From Acidimicrobiales bacterium (GTDB taxonomy: Bacteria > Actinomycetota > Acidimicrobiia > Acidimicrobiales > Aldehydirespiratoraceae), in assembly GCA_965207755.1 (NCBI GenBank), contig OZ242297.1, positions 2,789,816-2,853,815 of the forward strand: a stretch of DNA of 64,000 nucleotides. Reading direction: 5' to 3'. A program made the position numbers and the translations under genes. Under the pieces are notes generated by a model that was given only the letters and a program-made list of their open reading frames with translations, had not been told where the DNA came from and did not search any database. Shown here piece by piece: positions 51,690 to 60,842 of this stretch (positions within the stretch are counted from its first letter, which is position 1; each line of letters opens with the position of its first letter).

Positions 51690-53474
51690 ATGCGACTCGC
51701 TTGTCTATTAGTGGCGGCCGCGCTGGCGGCTACGGCGTGCTCGGATGAGCCGCCCGCGGGCGACGGCCTAACCGACGAGAGCGTTCAGGCCGAGCCGGCC
51801 GCCACCGACGACGGCGCAAGCGCCGGGGCGCCCGACCAGTCGACGCCTCCGCCGGTCCCGGGGACGTTCACCGCGGTGGCGGCCGGGTTCTGGCACACCT
51901 GCGCGATCCGCTCCGACGGCCGGATCGAATGCTGGGGCGTCAACCGGGACGGGCTGCTGGACGCGCCCGTGGGTCGGTTCAAGGCGATCTCTGCCGGGCC
52001 CGGCCACAACTGCGCCATCCGCACCGACGGCGGCATCGAGTGCTGGGGCGAGGAGTTCCCAGGAATGGCCGACGCGCCCGTCGGCGAATTCGTCGCGGTG
52101 TCCGCGGGCGCCGGATACACGTGCGCGCTGCGTGACGACGGAGACGTCGACTGCTGGGGCGGTTCCGACACTCAACTCTTGACCCCGCCCGGTGGGCACT
52201 TCACCGCGGTGGCCGCGGGGCACCGTCACGCGTGCGTGCTGCGCGAGGGTGGAACGGTGCTCTGCTGGGGCGCCAACGAAGAAGGCCAGGCCGAAGGGCG
52301 CACCCAACGCTTCAGTGACATCGCCGCCGGGGCCGACCACACCTGCGGGGTGAAACTCGACGGCACCGTCGAATGCTGGGGATCCGACTACCTGGCCAAG
52401 TCCGACGCGCCCGGCGGGACCTTCACGACGCTCGCGGCCGGGGTAGACCACACGTGCGCGGTGAGCACCGGCGGCACAGCCGAGTGCTGGGGATCGGACG
52501 CCTTCGGTGCGACTCCGGCACCCGACGGCCAATTCCAGTCGGTCGCGGCCGCGGCCGACCACAGTTGCGGGCTGCGCACAGACGGCACCATCCAGTGCTG
52601 GGGCAGGCGCTTCATCGCGGGCGCCGAACCTCCCGGCGAGCAGCTTGCATCCCTGGTTGCCGGCGGCAACCACACCTGCGGGCTGCGCCCCGACGGCACC
52701 GTCGAATGCTGGGGCACAGACCTCGTGGGTCGGATGGAACCGCCCGGTGGACGCTTCGATTCGATGGCCACCGGGAACTACTTCGCCTGCGGGCTGCGCC
52801 CCGACGGCACCGTCGAATGCTGGGGATTCGACCGCTTCGGCGTGCTCGACGTCCCCGACGGAGCGTTCCATGCCGTGACGGCCGGCGTCGGCCACGCCTG
52901 CGCCCTGCGAGGCAACGGCACCGTCGAATGCTGGGGTTCCAACTCGCACGGACAGGCCGACACCCCCGCAGACACCTTCGCCGCCATCTCGGCAGGGAGC
53001 TCGCACACCTGCGGCATCCTCCTCGACACCGGTTGGGCCGAGTGCTGGGGAAACCCGTACGCGGGGAGGCTGGATGCCCCAGCGGGGGCCTTCATCGCCG
53101 TCGCAGCCGGCGGCCAGGAGCAGCCTCCTCCAGAGCGCCAACTCCGCGGCCCTCAGGAGTCCGTCGCAGCCGGTGACAGCCACACCTGCGGGCTGCGCCC
53201 CGACGGCGCCGCCGAGTGCTGGGGATCCAACTCGCACGGGCAGAGCGAGGCCCCCGCAGGCGCCTTCACGGCTGTCTCGACCGGCGTGCATTCCTGCGGC
53301 TTGCGCCCCGACGGCGCCGTCGAGTGCTGGGGAACCGACGAAGCGCCCTCCGCAGGGGAGTTCGCCGCCGTGGAGGTCGGCCAGGGCTACACCTGCGGGC
53401 TGCGTCCCGACGGCGCCGCCGAGTGCTGGGGAACGCTGCGGGCGCCGCCCGAGGGAGTGACCTACACCGGCTGA
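51690..53474 (+). CDS. RCC1-repeat (beta-propeller) lipoprotein
   Basis: The lipobox is LAATAC. About 11 repeats of the form HTCAIRSDGRIECWG follow. Confidence 0.85.
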   Translation: MRLACLLVAAALAATACSDEPPAGDGLTDESVQAEPAATDDGASAGAPDQSTPPPVPGTFTAVAAGFWHTCAIRSDGRIECWGVNRDGLLDAPVGRFKAISAGPGHNCAIRTDGGIECWGEEFPGMADAPVGEFVAVSAGAGYTCALRDDGDVDCWGGSDTQLLTPPGGHFTAVAAGHRHACVLREGGTVLCWGANEEGQAEGRTQRFSDIAAGADHTCGVKLDGTVECWGSDYLAKSDAPGGTFTTLAAGVDHTCAVSTGGTAECWGSDAFGATPAPDGQFQSVAAAADHSCGLRTDGTIQCWGRRFIAGAEPPGEQLASLVAGGNHTCGLRPDGTVECWGTDLVGRMEPPGGRFDSMATGNYFACGLRPDGTVECWGFDRFGVLDVPDGAFHAVTAGVGHACALRGNGTVECWGSNSHGQADTPADTFAAISAGSSHTCGILLDTGWAECWGNPYAGRLDAPAGAFIAVAAGGQEQPPPERQLRGPQESVAAGDSHTCGLRPDGAAECWGSNSHGQSEAPAGAFTAVSTGVHSCGLRPDGAVECWGTDEAPSAGEFAAVEVGQGYTCGLRPDGAAECWGTLRAPPEGVTYTG

Positions 53475-53480
53475 CCTTCC

Positions 53481-53600
53481 GAATTGGCAGCACAATGCAC
53501 GCCACCCGTGCATCACGCTGCCAATTCCCTGGTGGCGCCAACCGGCGCTCTCGAATTGGCAGCACAATGCACGCCATCCGTGCATCACGCTGCCAATTCC
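53481..53600. repeat. two copies of the 48-nt GAATTGGCAGC hairpin, 72 bp apart
   Basis: The copies lie at 53481-53528 and 53553-53600. Each folds as GAATTGGCAGC acaa TGCACG cca[c/t]c CGTGCA tcac GCTGCCAATTC. Confidence 0.85.
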
Positions 53601-53644
53601 CTTTGGCCGGGGCGTGGGGGGCGGGGGGCGGGGCATACTGAGGC

Positions 53645-55900
53645 GTGTCCTGGTGGCGGAGGCTCGATCCGGGCCGGATTGCGATCCTGGCGGTGATGGT
53701 GCTGGGAGTGGCCGCGTTCCTGACCCGGGGACAGTGGCTCGGAACCGTCGAGACCGCCGTGGACGTGGCCGTGGACGCCGTCGACGTCGCCGTGGACGGC
53801 GAGATCGATCACGACGACCTGGTGACCGGGGGCGAGGTGGTCGCTCCCCCGGTCGTGGACGTGGAGGATCCCGAGGACTTCGACGTCGAGACCGAGCGGC
53901 TGTACCGGATCGTTCCCGGAAGCGGATCCCGGGCCAGCTACCACATCGAGGAACGCCTCGGCGGGCTGTCGCGCACCACGGTGGGCACCACCTCGGTCAT
54001 GGCCGGCGAGATCGCGGTGAACCTCGTCGATCTCGCCGCCAGCCGGGTCGGCGAGATCGTGGTCAACGTGGAGATGTTCCAGTCCGACTCCGCCCTGCGC
54101 GACAAGCGCATCCGCCACGACTACCTGGAGTCGAGCCACTGGCCCTTCGTGCGGTTCCGGCCCGCTCAGATCGAGGGCCTCGACGCCGGCTTCGCCGACG
54201 GCCTGTCCTACGAGATCGCCGTCACCGGCGAACTCACCGTCAAGGAGACCACCCGCACCGAGACCTTCGCCGGCGCCGTCACCGTCACCCCCGACGCCCT
54301 CGTCGCGACGATGTCGGCCACCGTGCTGACCAGCCACTACGACGTCGGTCCCATCAACATCGCCCGCCTCGTCCACACCTCCGACGAGGTGATCCTGACC
54401 TTCGAGCTGGTCGCCGACCGGGTCGAGTTCGGCTCGGCGCCGGCCGGCGACCTGCGCCGCGAGATCCCGGCGCCCGAGTTCGCCGGCGGCCGGTTCGCGG
54501 CCACAGTGCAGCCCATCCTCGAGACACGCTGCGTGAGCTGCCACACGTCGAACGGCCCGGCCTGGAGCACCCTCGCCCTCGACACCGCCGGCGACGCGGC
54601 CGCCATCGCCGGCGACATCGCCTTCGTCACCGGGATCGGCTTCATGCCCCCATGGCTGCCCTCGGACCTGAGCCCGCAGTACATGCACGACTGGTCGCTC
54701 AGCGACGCCGAGAAGGCCGCCATCAAGCAGTGGGCCGACGCCGGCGGCGGTCTCGACGTGCGGCCCGACACGCCGCTGGTGGCCCGCGTCCAGGCCATCC
54801 TGCCGGTGGAGGAGGACCAGAAGATCGGGCCCCGCGACGGCCTGTACACCGGCTACTCACGCCCCGACGGCCGGCCGGTCAAGAAGGACGACTACCGCTG
54901 CCAGGTCCACGAGGTGGCCGATCCCGAGGGCGACGGCACCTGGGTCAAGGGCTTCGAGTTCCGGCCCGACCAGGTGGAGGTGGTGCACCACGCCATCGTC
55001 TACCGGGTGCCGGCCGCGGCGGCTTCCGAGATCGCGGCCAGGATCGCAGCCGAGGACCGCATCGAGGCGGCCGAGGGCTTCTCCGACGAGCCGGGCTGGA
55101 CGTGCTTCGGCCTGTCGGGGCTCAACTCCCAGGGCGTGTACTCGATCCAGGGCTGGGCGCCGGGCCAGTCGCCGACCATCTACCCCGAGGGTTACGGCAT
55201 ATACCTGTGGCCCGGCGACATGATCGTCAACCAGATCCACTACCACTACGACCACGACACCCCGCCCGACGGCTCCTGGATCATCCTCGACACCGCCACC
55301 GGCGCCGAGGTCGCCGCGGGCATCACTCACATCACCGGCGACAGCTACCTCACCCCGGCCGAGGTCCCCTGCACACCCGAGGAGGCTGCAATCGCGGCCG
55401 AGCGGACCGCCACTATCGACGGCTACGTCAACCTGTGCCTGCGTTCCAACGTGCTCGACGAGATCGCCGAGAAGTACGACGCGTTCGCCCGCTTCATCCC
55501 CGACGCCCTCCTGGCGGTATGCAGAGGCACCGTCGACGACTACGACGACCTCGACGGCAGCGTCGGCTACAGCTCCTGCGACCTGCCGGCCCGGGACACC
55601 GGCACCATCCACACCGTGCTGGGCCACATGCACGAGTTCGGCGCGGCCTACCGGATGACGCTGCATCCCGACACGCCGGAGGAGCGGATCCTGCTCGACA
55701 TCCCGGTGTGGGACTTCGAATGGCAACTCAACTACGAGCCGGTGGAGCAGATCCGCATCGAGCGGGGCGACACGGTGCGCTTCGAGTGCTGGTGGGACCG
55801 CACGCTGCAGTTCATGCCCGAGCCCCGCTACATCACCTGGAACGAGGGCACCGTCGACGAGATGTGCTTCTCCAGCATCTCGGTGATCCCCGACGTCTAA
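53645..55900 (+). CDS. membrane-anchored fusion of a YceI-like domain, a CxxCH (PSCyt1-like) module and a PHM/DBH-like copper monooxygenase
   Basis: The N-terminus has a TM segment. FAATVQPILETRCVSCH carries the CxxCH motif. The PHM-type ligand pattern is VVHHAIVY, IHYHYDH, GHMHEFG and DEMCF. Confidence 0.7.
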   Translation: MSWWRRLDPGRIAILAVMVLGVAAFLTRGQWLGTVETAVDVAVDAVDVAVDGEIDHDDLVTGGEVVAPPVVDVEDPEDFDVETERLYRIVPGSGSRASYHIEERLGGLSRTTVGTTSVMAGEIAVNLVDLAASRVGEIVVNVEMFQSDSALRDKRIRHDYLESSHWPFVRFRPAQIEGLDAGFADGLSYEIAVTGELTVKETTRTETFAGAVTVTPDALVATMSATVLTSHYDVGPINIARLVHTSDEVILTFELVADRVEFGSAPAGDLRREIPAPEFAGGRFAATVQPILETRCVSCHTSNGPAWSTLALDTAGDAAAIAGDIAFVTGIGFMPPWLPSDLSPQYMHDWSLSDAEKAAIKQWADAGGGLDVRPDTPLVARVQAILPVEEDQKIGPRDGLYTGYSRPDGRPVKKDDYRCQVHEVADPEGDGTWVKGFEFRPDQVEVVHHAIVYRVPAAAASEIAARIAAEDRIEAAEGFSDEPGWTCFGLSGLNSQGVYSIQGWAPGQSPTIYPEGYGIYLWPGDMIVNQIHYHYDHDTPPDGSWIILDTATGAEVAAGITHITGDSYLTPAEVPCTPEEAAIAAERTATIDGYVNLCLRSNVLDEIAEKYDAFARFIPDALLAVCRGTVDDYDDLDGSVGYSSCDLPARDTGTIHTVLGHMHEFGAAYRMTLHPDTPEERILLDIPVWDFEWQLNYEPVEQIRIERGDTVRFECWWDRTLQFMPEPRYITWNEGTVDEMCFSSISVIPDV

Positions 55901-55910
55901 GGGCAGAGAG

Positions 55911-56789
55911 ATGACCGGCGCGCCGGTGGGAGCGGTGGAGGCCGGCGGGACCAAGTTCCGGTGCGCGGTGGTGTCGTCGGACTTGACGATCGTCGACTCC
56001 CGCTATTTGCTGACAGCCGACCCCGACACGACGCTGGCAGCCGTCGCGGAGTTCTTCGAGCGGTCCGAGCCGGTGGCCGCGCTGGGAATCGCCTCGTTCG
56101 GGCCGGTCGACCTCGATCCTGGCTCGCCCGGTTTCGGTTCGATCACCGACACTCCCAAGCCGGGATGGTCGGGAGCCAAGATCCGGAGCCGGCTCTCGGA
56201 GGCCATCGGCGTGCCCGCCGGCATCCAGACCGACGTGGAGGCGGCCGCGGTGGCCGAGCAGGCCCTGGGACCCGAGCCCGAACCGCAGCGGCTCGCCTAC
56301 GTCGCCGTCGGCACCGGGGTCGGGGCCGCGGTGGCGGTCGACGGCCGGCCATGGCGGGGGCGTCACCACAGCGAACTGGGGCACATCCCGGTTCGCCGTG
56401 CGGCGGGCGACGACTACCCGGGCCGCTGCCCGTTCCATCGCGACTGCCTGGAGGGCATGGCCTGCGGACCGGCCGTCGCCGAGCGCTGGGGCATCGACCC
56501 GCCCGGCGCCGGCGGGCGCGCCGACATCTGGCAGTTGGAGGCCTTCTATCTGGCCCAACTCGTGCGGGTGCTCGCCTACTCGTTCGCCCCCGACCGGGTC
56601 GTGTTCGGAGGCGGCGTCGGCGCCCGCCCCGGCCTGGCTGAGATGATCCAGGCCGCGGCCCGCACAGAACTCGCCGGCTACGCCGACTACAGCTCCGGAG
56701 ACGACCGGTTCGTGACCGCCCCCGCCCTAGGAGACGACTCCGGACTGCTGGGCGCGGCTCTCCTCGCCCGCTCCCTGATCGACCGCTGA
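55911..56789 (+). CDS. ROK-family sugar kinase (fructokinase/Mak-like)
   Basis: The N-terminus is VEAGGTKFRCAVV. The zinc motif is GHIPVRR...CPFHRDCLEGMACGPA. Confidence 0.85.
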   Translation: MTGAPVGAVEAGGTKFRCAVVSSDLTIVDSRYLLTADPDTTLAAVAEFFERSEPVAALGIASFGPVDLDPGSPGFGSITDTPKPGWSGAKIRSRLSEAIGVPAGIQTDVEAAAVAEQALGPEPEPQRLAYVAVGTGVGAAVAVDGRPWRGRHHSELGHIPVRRAAGDDYPGRCPFHRDCLEGMACGPAVAERWGIDPPGAGGRADIWQLEAFYLAQLVRVLAYSFAPDRVVFGGGVGARPGLAEMIQAAARTELAGYADYSSGDDRFVTAPALGDDSGLLGAALLARSLIDR

Positions 56790-56890
56790 TCCCCGGAGGG
56801 GACGGGGACCGCGGCGTCGAGTCGGGAACTTGGTCCGCTTCGTGCAAGCCACGCGGAATAGTCGCAGCGAGGCGTGTAGCTTGGCGGCCC

Positions 56891-59449
56891 GTGACGCAGC
56901 CGAGACCACTGTCCTCGGCTCGCAAGGTTGCAGGTGCGGTTTGGGTTGCCGTTGTTGTCGCACTCCTTGCGGGCGGCTGCGCTCAAGACGATCACAACCC
57001 AGACGCGACCCGGGCCAGGGCGACAGGCGCCGAGGGCGCCGCGTCGCCGTCCTCCACGAGCACTTCAAGACCCGTCGTGGACATGCCGAGCCGGACGGCC
57101 GCCGAGGAGACAGCCACCGGGGAGCGCGAACCCGGGTCGGCGACTGCGGTGGCGTCCCCCACTCCCTTCGAGGCCGACGACCTCTCGGAGACCGATGACG
57201 GCACTCAGATTGATGCCCCCATAGACGGACTCGACGATGAGGCTCCCCCGGAGTCTCCGGAGCCCACGAGCCCGGAGATCGCCGACCCGTTCCCATGGCT
57301 CATCCAGCGCCGCCTCGGACCCGATCCGACCGGCTGTGGATTGTCGTTCGTCGTGCCCGGGGAGAGCGTCGGACTGTCGGCCGGAGGGTTCGCTCCCCAT
57401 TCGGAGGTGAGCTTCACCGCCCGTGGGGCATCGCTCACGGGGACCGAGTTGCCCCCGCCGACGATTCCGCCGACGACAGCCGACGGCGAGGGCCTCATCG
57501 ACGTGGTGTGGACCGTCCCGGAGGCGCCGCCGGCCGGGGAGGATCCGGAGCCCAGGGCCTACATCGCCGAAGCCGTCGGCGTCGGGCGGGGCGGCGAGGA
57601 GTACGTGGCGTACATGGTGCAGCCGCTGGTGGCCTATCCGGGCACGACGATCTGCGCGCTGGCCGACGCGGCCGCCACCACCTTGGGGCAGCCGGTCCGC
57701 ATCCCGGTGCTGGACAACGACGTCGCCCCCGAGGGCGGCTGGCTGGATCCGGCGTCGGTGAGTACCCGGCCGGTCGCAGGAGGCGAACTGGCCGTAGACC
57801 CCACCGACGGGTCGCTGACGTTCACGCCCGACCCGGGCTTCGCGGGAACGGCCACGGCGACGTACGCGGTCTACGACAACTGGCAGATCGGGATGGAGGG
57901 CGAGGTCACCGTGACCGTAGACGCCGGATGCACGATCGAGATCCCCCCGGACACCAGGGAGATCCATGGCACCGAGGGCGACGACGTGATCTGCGCCGAC
58001 GATCTGGGCGACACATCCGGTTGGGATCGGAACCGGTTCCACGTCATCTACGCCCTAGGCGGCGACGACATCATCCTCGGAAGCAACGGAGTGGACTGGA
58101 TCTACACCGGCGAGGGAACCGACGTCGTGTACGGACGGGGCAGTGACGATCGGATAATCGTGTACGGCGAGGACAGGGTCTACGGCGGCTCCGGTTTCGA
58201 CACCATCTACTCGGTGGACCTCTTGATGGAGGTCTTCGACGACGATGACGGCTACCTCATCGAGTTGTCCTCGACGACCCTCTTCGAGCAACGCGCGCCC
58301 ATTGCAGCCGACGACCACCGGCATCTGAACCCGTTCGCGACGCAGGTCATCGAAGTGCTCGAGAACGACTACAGCCCCATGGACAGTCTCGATTGGGAGA
58401 CCATGTCCATCACCAAGCCTCCGACGCTCGGCTCAGCGCGGGTCGTCGACTCGCCGTGGTTCGGCAACGCCATCGAGTACGCACCCATGGGTGCCTCGGG
58501 CACCGACGAACTCTCCTATTCGATCTGCGACATCCTCTCGCGATGCACTACCGCCGAGGTTCACATCACCCTCGGCACGGACCACTGCACCATCATGGGC
58601 ACCGCGGGGCCCGACACGCTCACGGGCACGCCGGGCGACGACATCATCTGCGGGCTCGGAGGAGACGACCGGATCGACGGCCTGGGCGGCAACGACGTGA
58701 TCATCGCCGGCCCGGGCGACGACACGGTCGTGGGAGGTGCGGGCGATGACCGGATCTGGGGCGGTGACGGCGACGACACGCTCGACGGCGGCTCGGAGGA
58801 CGACATGCTCTGGGGCGGACCCGGAGACGACACCCTCAACGGGGGACCCGGCCACGACACGCTCCTTGGAGGCGACGGCGGTGACAGCCCCAACGGCGGC
58901 GAAGGAAGCGACCGTCTGTGGGGCGGTGACGGCGACGACACGCTCAATGGCGGCTCGGGCGACGACATGCTCTGGGGCGGACCCGGCTCGGACGATCTCA
59001 ACGGTGGGCCCGGCCACGACACGCTATGGGGTGATGCCAGTACAGGCGTGGGCGACGACACCATCGACGGCGGCGACGGCAACGACATAATCCTCGGTGA
59101 TTTCGGCCGCGACACGCTCATGGGCGGAGCCGGCGACGACCTGATCTGGGGAGGCTCGGGCGACGACACGATTCGCGGGGGCTCGGGCGACGACGAGATC
59201 CTGGACAACCGCGGCGACAACCGGCTGGAGGGCGGGGTCGGAGACGATCGCATACACGGCGGCAACGGCGACGACACGCTCGACGGCGGCGACGGGGACG
59301 ACTACCTCACCGGCGACGACGGCGACGACACGCTCGACGGCGGCGAGGGATCCGACTATCTCACCGGCGACGACGGCACCGACACCTGTCTCGGCGGCGA
59401 GATCACCGCTCTGTGCGAGTCCTTCAGCACCGATTCGACCGAGCCCTGA
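56891..59449 (+). CDS. RTX-like calcium-binding repeat lipoprotein with cadherin/VCBS-like modules
   Basis: The lipobox is LLAGGC. The motifs VLDNDVAPEG and VLENDYSPMD are present. The C-terminal 280 aa or so consist of more than 25 GGxGxDxhx nonapeptides. Confidence 0.85.
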   Translation: MTQPRPLSSARKVAGAVWVAVVVALLAGGCAQDDHNPDATRARATGAEGAASPSSTSTSRPVVDMPSRTAAEETATGEREPGSATAVASPTPFEADDLSETDDGTQIDAPIDGLDDEAPPESPEPTSPEIADPFPWLIQRRLGPDPTGCGLSFVVPGESVGLSAGGFAPHSEVSFTARGASLTGTELPPPTIPPTTADGEGLIDVVWTVPEAPPAGEDPEPRAYIAEAVGVGRGGEEYVAYMVQPLVAYPGTTICALADAAATTLGQPVRIPVLDNDVAPEGGWLDPASVSTRPVAGGELAVDPTDGSLTFTPDPGFAGTATATYAVYDNWQIGMEGEVTVTVDAGCTIEIPPDTREIHGTEGDDVICADDLGDTSGWDRNRFHVIYALGGDDIILGSNGVDWIYTGEGTDVVYGRGSDDRIIVYGEDRVYGGSGFDTIYSVDLLMEVFDDDDGYLIELSSTTLFEQRAPIAADDHRHLNPFATQVIEVLENDYSPMDSLDWETMSITKPPTLGSARVVDSPWFGNAIEYAPMGASGTDELSYSICDILSRCTTAEVHITLGTDHCTIMGTAGPDTLTGTPGDDIICGLGGDDRIDGLGGNDVIIAGPGDDTVVGGAGDDRIWGGDGDDTLDGGSEDDMLWGGPGDDTLNGGPGHDTLLGGDGGDSPNGGEGSDRLWGGDGDDTLNGGSGDDMLWGGPGSDDLNGGPGHDTLWGDASTGVGDDTIDGGDGNDIILGDFGRDTLMGGAGDDLIWGGSGDDTIRGGSGDDEILDNRGDNRLEGGVGDDRIHGGNGDDTLDGGDGDDYLTGDDGDDTLDGGEGSDYLTGDDGTDTCLGGEITALCESFSTDSTEP

Positions 59450-59625
59450 CAGGAACAGAGCCCCCGCGGGAATCCGGGACGGCGAGCCTCTAGAGGGCGC
59501 GCCGCCGGGCTGCGGCTTGCCACAGTTCAGCCCGGCAACCGAGAGTTCCGGCTGGATGACCCCAGATTAGGATCAAGGCCAACGGCACCGCCACGAACCG
59601 TGGCAGGCAGTGTGGGCAGGGAGCG

Positions 59626-60828
59626 ATGCACATCGGGTACACGGCTGAGCAGGAGGCTCTGCGGGACGAACTGCGGGCCTACTACGACGGGCTGCTCACC
59701 GACGACGTGCGGGCCGAGTTGGGGAACGAGCCCGGCGTGGGTGCGGCTCATCGCCGGATCGTGCGCCAGATGGGCGCCGACGGCTGGCTGGCGGTGGGCT
59801 GGCCGGTCCAGTACGGCGGGCGAGGCCTCTCCGCGGTGGAGCAGTTCATCGTGTTCGACGAGTCGGTTGCGCTGGGCGCGCCGATCCCGATGCTCACCAT
59901 CAACACTGTCGGCCCGACGATCATGCAGTACGGCACCGACGAGCAGAAGGACTTCTTCCTGCCCCGCATCGCCGGCGGCGAGATCACCTTCTGCATCGGC
60001 TACTCCGAGCCCGACGCCGGCACCGACCTCGCCTCGCTCACCACCCGGGCGGTGCGCGACGGCGAGACATACGTGCTCAACGGCCAGAAGACCTGGACGT
60101 CACTGGCCGCCGACGCCGACTACATCTGGCTGGCGGCCCGCACCGACCCCGACGTGCCCAAGCACAAGGGCATCTCGCTGTTCTGCATCCCGATGGACAC
60201 GCCCGGCATCAGCATCGAGCCCCTCGACCTGCTGTCGTCACACAACATCAACCACACCTTCTTCGACGACTGCCGGGTGCCGGCGTCCACCCTCATCGGC
60301 GAGGAGAACCGGGGCTGGGGACTGATCACCAGCCAGCTCAACCGGGAGCGGGTGACGATCTGCTCGTCGGGCATGGTCACCAAGCGCTTCGAGGAGTGCG
60401 TGGAATGGGCCAGGTCGGCCAAGCGGGCCGACGGCTCCTACGTGATCGACGAGCCGTGGGTGCAGCGCAACCTGGCTGAGGTGGCCGCCAGGCTGGAGTT
60501 CCTGCGGCTGGCCAACTGGAAGGTGGCCTGGACGGCGGCCAACAGGATCGACGGCGCCGAGCCCGACATGGACACCATCGCCGGGTTCGTGGCCGACTCC
60601 TCCGCGGTGAAGGTGTCGGGCACCGAGTTCTACGTCGACGCCTACCGCAGGCTGATGCAGGTCTACGGCCAGCGCTCCTACGTGGTGGAGGGCTCGCCCG
60701 GATACCTGACCCGCCTGGAGATGATGTACCGCTCGACCGTCATCCTGACCTTCGGCGGCGGCACCAACGAGATGCAGCGCGACCTGATCTCGCAGTTCGG
60801 CCTCGGCTACCCCCGAGCCTCCCGCTAG
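59626..60828 (+). CDS. acyl-CoA dehydrogenase (FadE-like)
   Basis: Diagnostic segments are GYSEPDAGTDLASL and GGGTNEMQRDLISQ. GGGAG precedes the ATG. Confidence 0.9.
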   Translation: MHIGYTAEQEALRDELRAYYDGLLTDDVRAELGNEPGVGAAHRRIVRQMGADGWLAVGWPVQYGGRGLSAVEQFIVFDESVALGAPIPMLTINTVGPTIMQYGTDEQKDFFLPRIAGGEITFCIGYSEPDAGTDLASLTTRAVRDGETYVLNGQKTWTSLAADADYIWLAARTDPDVPKHKGISLFCIPMDTPGISIEPLDLLSSHNINHTFFDDCRVPASTLIGEENRGWGLITSQLNRERVTICSSGMVTKRFEECVEWARSAKRADGSYVIDEPWVQRNLAEVAARLEFLRLANWKVAWTAANRIDGAEPDMDTIAGFVADSSAVKVSGTEFYVDAYRRLMQVYGQRSYVVEGSPGYLTRLEMMYRSTVILTFGGGTNEMQRDLISQFGLGYPRASR

Positions 60829-60842
60829 CAGGGGACCGACCG

